A DNA stretch of 63,981 nucleotides, counting the filler, from Craspedostauros australis (taxonomy: Eukaryota): assembly GCA_030167865.1 (NCBI GenBank). It is 11 parts of 11 records of this genome, joined end to end, with 100 filler letters (N's around TTAATTAATTAA, not from the genome) between each part and the next. Parts side by side here need not be neighbours in the genome. Positions count along the whole stretch, not along the records: positions 57,796 to 61,709 come from JALAGF010001602.1; positions 61,810 to 63,981 come from JALAGF010001603.1; 9 more parts are not named here. One strand, written 5' to 3'. Each line of letters opens with the position of its first letter. Positions within the stretch are counted from its first letter, which is position 1. Positions 58,141 to 63,981 of the stretch are shown in pieces. Both the position numbers and the translations under genes were made by a program. The notes beneath the pieces were generated by a model. That model did not search any database, was not told where the DNA came from, and was given only the letters and a program-made list of their open reading frames with translations.

Positions 58141-61100
58141 ATGGCGACATCAGCCAACACGAACAAGCGACGCATCAAGGCGCCGATGTTCAGTGGTGAA
58201 CAGGGAGACTATAGTGCATGGGAGTCCCAAGCGAAGGCATACGCTCGTACACAGAAGACAAGAGACGTGATGTTGGGTAAGACCAAGGTGCCAACAGTGA
58301 GCGAGATTGCGGCAGCCACCGGCGAGGCCAAGGAAGCATTGGAGGAGATCTACGAGCTGGGATGCAACTGCTTCAGTGATCTGATCCTCATGATGGATGC
58401 AGAGAAAGGAAAAGGCAAGCAGGCCATCCAATACATCAACCAATGCATCTCCGACGACTACCCTGAAGGAGACGCACACGCAGCGTGGAACGTTCTCGCG
58501 GAGAAGTTCCGACCATCCGACGCGGTGACGAAGATCAAACTCAAACGCCAATTCAACAACGAAAAGATGAAGAGAGACACGGACCCCGACATCTACATCA
58601 CGCAACTCGAAGGTCTACGATCACGTCTCCACGATGTCAAATACGAGATCACGGACGAGGAAATGATCATGCAGATCCTCAGCACGGTGAGCAACGAATA
58701 CAGAATTCACATCGTGAACTTCCAACACCAACTCACGTTTAATCCGGAACTGGTTACCATCAACGCAATCAGAGGAGTACTCCGCACTGCATACGCCACT
58801 CATCAAGGAGGTAAGGCGTACGTCGACGACTTCCAAGACAGTAACACGAAGAGCAACGACACCGGCTTCACGAGCACCGGTAACTTCAAGGGGACCTGCC
58901 ACAACTGTGGTNTGTATGGTCACAGATCCGCCGATTGCCCAGAACGCAAGAAATCGAACAACAAGAAAAACAACAACAACAACAACAACAACAACAAGAT
59001 GAACGGAAAGCGTAACAACAACCGCAACAAGGGAAGCGGCTTCAACGGGAAGTGCAACTACTGTGGCATCTTCGGACACCGCGAGGCGGAGTGCCGAAAG
59101 AAGAAGTTCAACGAAAGCAAGAAGGCCAACGAACAAGCCAACGCGGCTACGGAAGGACACGACAAGAGCGGGCACGGGATGGTACTCTCTGCGAAAGACA
59201 TGCCGCTCTGCATGTTGGTGTCCGACGACTACATCGAAGACTCCTTCTTCGATAACTTCGAGTACGTCGGGAGTGACGACGAAGTGGTGGACGATGAGAT
59301 CGTCGCGGAATGGCTCAACGAGGAGCCAATCATCCATGAGGTGGATCCAAGACGCGAAGTGAGCTACGAATGCTGCTTCAACGCGCATGACCTGATCGGT
59401 CCATACGGCGACGGAGCCGAGATGGGCAACGAGGCCGACGATAGCGACATCGAAGAGGCCATGAGCGAAGAGGCCGACGATGAGATCAACAAGAATGATA
59501 GAGGCCAAGACGAAACGAACGGCGGCGCAGCACCGCCTCCTCCAGCGGCGGGGAACAACAGATCAGGCATCTTCGACGAAGATGACAGCGACGAAACTGA
59601 AGACCATCCAGACGACAGCTTCAATCCAAACGAGCGCGTCGTCTACCCAGGGAATATCGACTTCCCACCAATCGAGGATCCCAACAGGTCCAACTACCTC
59701 CATCGTCATGACACCATTCCATATGGAACGGAAACTGCATTGGTAATCCAGAAGCAACTCATCTTCGATGCTGTGATGGAAGCAGGAGTGAAGCTGTTCC
59801 CAGGAGTCGCACAAGGAGTGCTCAGACCAATATGGGTGAACATGATGGGATCGATCCTATCCGAGAACTTCAGATCGATTGAAGAGATTCTCGCCAACTC
59901 CGTTGTCATCAATCGCATACTGGAAGCGGCTGAGACAGAGACGATCCCAGAGACGGATCTTCATTACATCCTTGGAGGATGTATGCGCGTACTCTTACGT
60001 GAACGACCACGCGTCCACCCATACGATCCAGCCACAGGATCACATCGAAACAGCACAATTCCATCGGACTACGCACAACTACCCGACAACATGGATGAAG
60101 GAGACCATCATCATCCATACAACGAAGATGGAGTCCATGAAGACGACGATGACGGCAGCTTCGACGACGAGATAGCTGCGGCAGCCGTGGAGCAGCTCCA
60201 CGAGCTGAGTACCAAACTCAAGAACAGAGGAGAAGAGATGGTGTTCATCGGATATGCACACCAACACGCATCAGGGGTCTACAACATGTACAGACCATCG
60301 ACCAAGTCACTCATCTGTTCACAGGATATCAAATGGCTCAACCAATCATACGGACAGTTCCGTGGCTGGGCATCAGCACCGAACATATCCAACGAAACAG
60401 GAACAACGAATGCAGACGGCTTCACAACCATCGGACGGAAGGGAGCAACGCCAAGGACGGCAACGCGTCAAACATTGGAAGCGAAGAGAGTGTCTTTCGC
60501 TGACAGCAACAGGTACTACATCCTATCAGACAGCGATGATGAGGATAATGAGGACGACGGAGTAGTGACTCAACTAATCCAGAATGACAAGGAAGATCGG
60601 AGCGAACCCAATCATGAGGATGACGAAATCCTACCCTCCGGCGACGAAGCCGATGATGACACAGGCGTCACTCCTCCGAACACACCAGCGAGATCTACAC
60701 ATGACACACCATTCAGACCTCCACTGAGCAAACCAAGCAAGCGTGGTATAGCTAGAAAGGAGAGAATCCGACGTCACAAAGCACGAGGCAGGAAGGGAGA
60801 AGCTAATCCCAAACCGACTACAGGGAAGAGTATTCCCAGAGCTCTGCATGAGCTCGCAGACTTCAACGAACGAGGTCGAAAGGAGGAAGGTTATGAGAGT
60901 GAGTCGTCATTCAACGAAGATAGTGACGAACTCAGTGACGAGATAACCGACAAATCCAACAACGAAACTACAGATGACGAGGAAGTCGTAGACGAAGATG
61001 AAGAGATCGAGATCACCCACTACAATACAACTGGACTATACGGAATGAACGCAATCATCACTGAGACACCGGCAATTGACATTGGACTGTCGATGCAGGA

Positions 61101-61709
61101 CGAGAACAAGGAACCAGAGAAACACATCAAACCAACGACATTCGATGGAGCTTTCAATCACCCGGATCCCATCCATCGAAAGGGATATCGAGCAGCCATC
61201 AAAAAGGAGTTCGACTCAATGGATACATGCAAGGTGTACAGCAAGATCAAACGAGACGCCATCCCACGCGGCCGCAGATGCTGCAAGTGCAAATGGGTCT
61301 TCAAGGTGAAGCACGACAGCACACATTGAGCGCGGCTCGTTGCATGTGGCTATTCACAAGTCGCAGGAGTAGACTTCCAAGAGCATTACTCACCCGTCAT
61401 CCATGACGTGACTTATCGAGTGATGATGGTGATCATGCTGATCAAGAAGATGGACTGCGCACTCGTTGATGTCGTAACGGCATTCCTACATGGAGACCTC
61501 GACGAGGAGATCTACATGAACTGTCCCAACGGGATGGATCATCAACCAGACGAAGCCCTGACCCTACACAAGCCAATCTATGGACTTGTGCAGATCGCCA
61601 GGCAATGGTTCAAGATGTTGGTGTTGACCCTCAAGAATATCAACTTCGAACAGAGCGCAGCAGACCCGTGCCTGTTCTACAGGAAGACGAACAAAGGAAG
61701 CATGATCGT
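58141..61709 (+). mobile_element. Defective Ty1/copia (CoDi-like) gag-pol: gag with 2 CCHC, protease/integrase core missing, RT with a premature stop
   Basis: Gag (PMFSGEQGDYSAW, DPDIYITQLE.LR) with knuckles CHNCG.YGHRSADC and CNYCGIFGHREAEC. Integrase SH3-like tail KL.NRG..MVFIGYA. RT CKWVFKVK....*ARLVACGYSQ..GVDF, DVVTAFLHGDLDEEIYM and IYGLVQ.ARQW. Confidence 0.92.
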
Positions 61710-61809
61710 NNNNNNNNNNNNNNNNNNNNNNNNNNNNNNNNNNNNNNNNNNNNTTAATTAATTAANNNNNNNNNNNNNNNNNNNNNNNNNNNNNNNNNNN
61801 NNNNNNNNN

Positions 61810-61891
61810 GATAACAGAACAACTAACTTAGTGAACCAATTGTAGCCCCACCCGGTCTACATGAGCAACAGGATTGAGACCTGTTTCAACA
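61810..61891 (+). mobile_element. Probable LTR 3' end (...CTGTTTCAACA) abutting the LINE ORF
   Basis: A short segment with stops in the LINE frame and lower GC, ending in TTTCAACA exactly where LINE-like coding begins. Confidence 0.45.
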
Positions 61892-63981
61892 GAGGGTCTC
61901 GTACGAGGCGGCAGCGGCAAGCGCAGGAACCATCAATCTGTTCCAGACAACTGGGAGCAAGTGGTCCAAGATAGTCCCACAATCGTGGTGGGCAAGCGTA
62001 GCAGAAGAAGCGGCGTCGGCGAACCTCGAGGTACGGATGGGGAATTCGATCTCAAGACCCAGACGGCAAGGAGATCGACCTATCATGAACGTCCTTGCAG
62101 CGATATGCGACCTGGAGGAAATGAGGCAAGCAAATCTGTGCAGACGGTCGCTACAAGTCTTCTGGATGTCCGAGATTGTATCGGCAGACGGGCGAAGTGT
62201 GCGGCAGGCCGCAATTGACGGAGACAGCACACAGATCAGACAGAGCACGATGCAAATTCCAAGAGTCGGGCGGATCAAGGCAGCCTACTGGGCAACCTGG
62301 GGAGCCAAACTGAAGTCTCTGACGACGAGAGATGGAGTGCTCCACGATCAGTACAAGCTTGGAGGATGGCGCAAAGACGAGGCAACAACGTCGATGCGGT
62401 GGTGCGAAGCCACAGGAAGGTTGCAAGTCAAAGAGGCGCAGTGGACTGTGTGGCAGGAAGTGCCCATGAGATCACGCCGACGGATGTTCCGACGCATTCC
62501 CAACGCCGTGGGGGACGGGTCCGGTGTACCAGCTGACGGGTATCTCCAGGGCGATGGTCTGCGCATGCTGACCACAGGAGAGTGGGAGGACGAAAGGCCC
62601 GCCCTCAGCACCTCGGCCATGCCAGATGCGTGGCGAAGCCTCGATGAGGACGAAGCCTGGGCCATCCAACACGTGCGCAGCGAGACAGACTGGCAAGACA
62701 TGGCGAGGAGTATTCAGGACGGGACAGCGGTTGGAGGCAGCGATGGATCGGCGAAGGGAGGTAAGGGGTCGGCAGCGTGGGTGATGGCGACAGATGCCAC
62801 GCTCGAATCGATTGCCTTCGGAACGCTTGAGGCACCGAGACGGGAAGGACCCACGTCGTCGCAGCGAGCAGAACTCGCAGGCATATTCAGTGCACTCCTA
62901 ACGATCAGGGAAATGGAGAAAAGATATGAGATGGAAGGGGGGGAAATGCGATGGAGCTGCGACAACATGCAGGCGCTCAAGTCGCTGGAGTGGGACGACG
63001 ATCCAGATCCCTCAAGCCCCGACTACGATATGATGGTGGCCACCATACGCGTGCGGAGACAACTGCGGACGAAGGTCAGCGGTCAACATGTGCGAGGTCA
63101 TCAAGACGGCCGCAAGCAGCTGCATGAGCTGGATGCATGGGAGCGCATGAACGTGATCACAGACAGACTGGCGGCGCAACGCTGGGAGCTGCTAGAGAGC
63201 ACTGACAGCTGGAGCTACCATCAACACACGGGGAAGGCAGCATGGAGTGTGTGGAAGGGCGGCGTCAAGCGATCGAGAATCACCTACGACAATATAGCTG
63301 GCGCCAACATCAGCGAAGCGATGACCAGAGTGCGGCGGGAACGGGGCATCGACACAGGCAAGGAAGACGAAGCGGACGAGGGCGCCATGCGGCGGGCGGC
63401 GACGAGTCTGTCTGAAACGCAGAGAGTGCTGACGATGAAGCTTGTGTTGAAGGAGGCAGCAGTGGGAACCAGGATGGTGCAGTGGAAGGCGCGAGTGACG
63501 GATGTGTGCCCCCGGTGCGGCGAGACTGAGACGCACGAGCATCTTTGGGTGTGCCAATCTGACGAATCCCTTGCGTTGTGGAGAACGCAGCGACACCGGT
63601 TACGGAAGACATTGCGGAAGGCGGCGACCCACCCAGGTCTTGCCAAAGTGATGGTACGAAATGTGAAGCAAACGTCCCGAAGGCTCGGCCCGGTGGGACG
63701 CATACGGGCGAATCAAGTAGAGGCCAAGCTGATGGACGATCAAAGCGCGATCGGGTGGAGCAGGTTCCTGAAGGGGGTGATGGCCGCGTCATGGTCCACC
63801 CTGCAGGCGGAGTACTACGTGCGCATAGGTAGCAAGAGATCGGCGGAGAAATGGGCAGCGCAGGTGGTGCGGAAGGTGTGGAGAATTGCGTGGGAGCACT
63901 GGTACCAAAGGAACCAAGCCATGCACCACAGTGATCAAGGGCCCGAGGCTGAGCTGCGGCAGATGGTGAGAGACTACGCGA
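61892..63981 (+). mobile_element. Non-LTR retrotransposon (Ambal-like LINE) ORF2 C-terminal half with RNase H and CCHC finger, open to the window end and absent from the ORF track
   Basis: I translated the frame with codons starting at positions divisible by 3. It reads RRQGDRPIM...ANLCRRSLQVFWMSEIVSADG, then RNase H GSDGSAK...SSQRAELAG...SCDNMQAL...QHVRGHQD...NVITDRLA, then CPRCGETETHEHLWVC and QSAIGWSRFLKG. Confidence 0.88.

Overview
This is eukaryotic nuclear DNA, very probably from a diatom. The evidence is a DUF6824 protein, CoDi-type Ty1/copia elements, an Ambal-like LINE, a silaffin-like K/S tail and short GT-AG introns. The window is a gapped scaffold: ten 100-nt spacers (N44-TTAATTAATTAA-N44) are assembly artefacts, so adjacency across them is unproven. 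The left ~44 kb is gene-rich. It holds a DUF6824 protein, an Mx-like dynamin with one intron, two ankyrin-repeat genes, a glutathionyl-hydroquinone reductase, two paralogous membrane-anchored sulfotransferase-like genes sharing an intron position, a Harbinger/ISL2EU-type transposase fragment, an unknown polytopic membrane protein, seryl-tRNA synthetase, a HAD hydrolase, a DHX29-like helicase, Serinc with an ATG-only first coding exon, and a frameshifted phosphodiesterase-domain pseudogene. The right ~19 kb is mostly transposon debris in short contigs: copia gag/integrase/RT pieces, LTR ends, a repeat with a hAT-like terminus present three times in the window, and an RNase H-bearing LINE that the ORF track missed. 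It also holds parts of a STAND/TPR protein and a secreted protein with a silaffin-like tail. I found no clearly new multi-gene system. The best leads are a beta-barrel-like insert in the Mx-like dynamin stalk, the duplicated sulfotransferase-like pair, unannotated extra domains in the copia polyproteins, and nested insertions (an LTR into an ankyrin paralogue and an LTR into the LINE).
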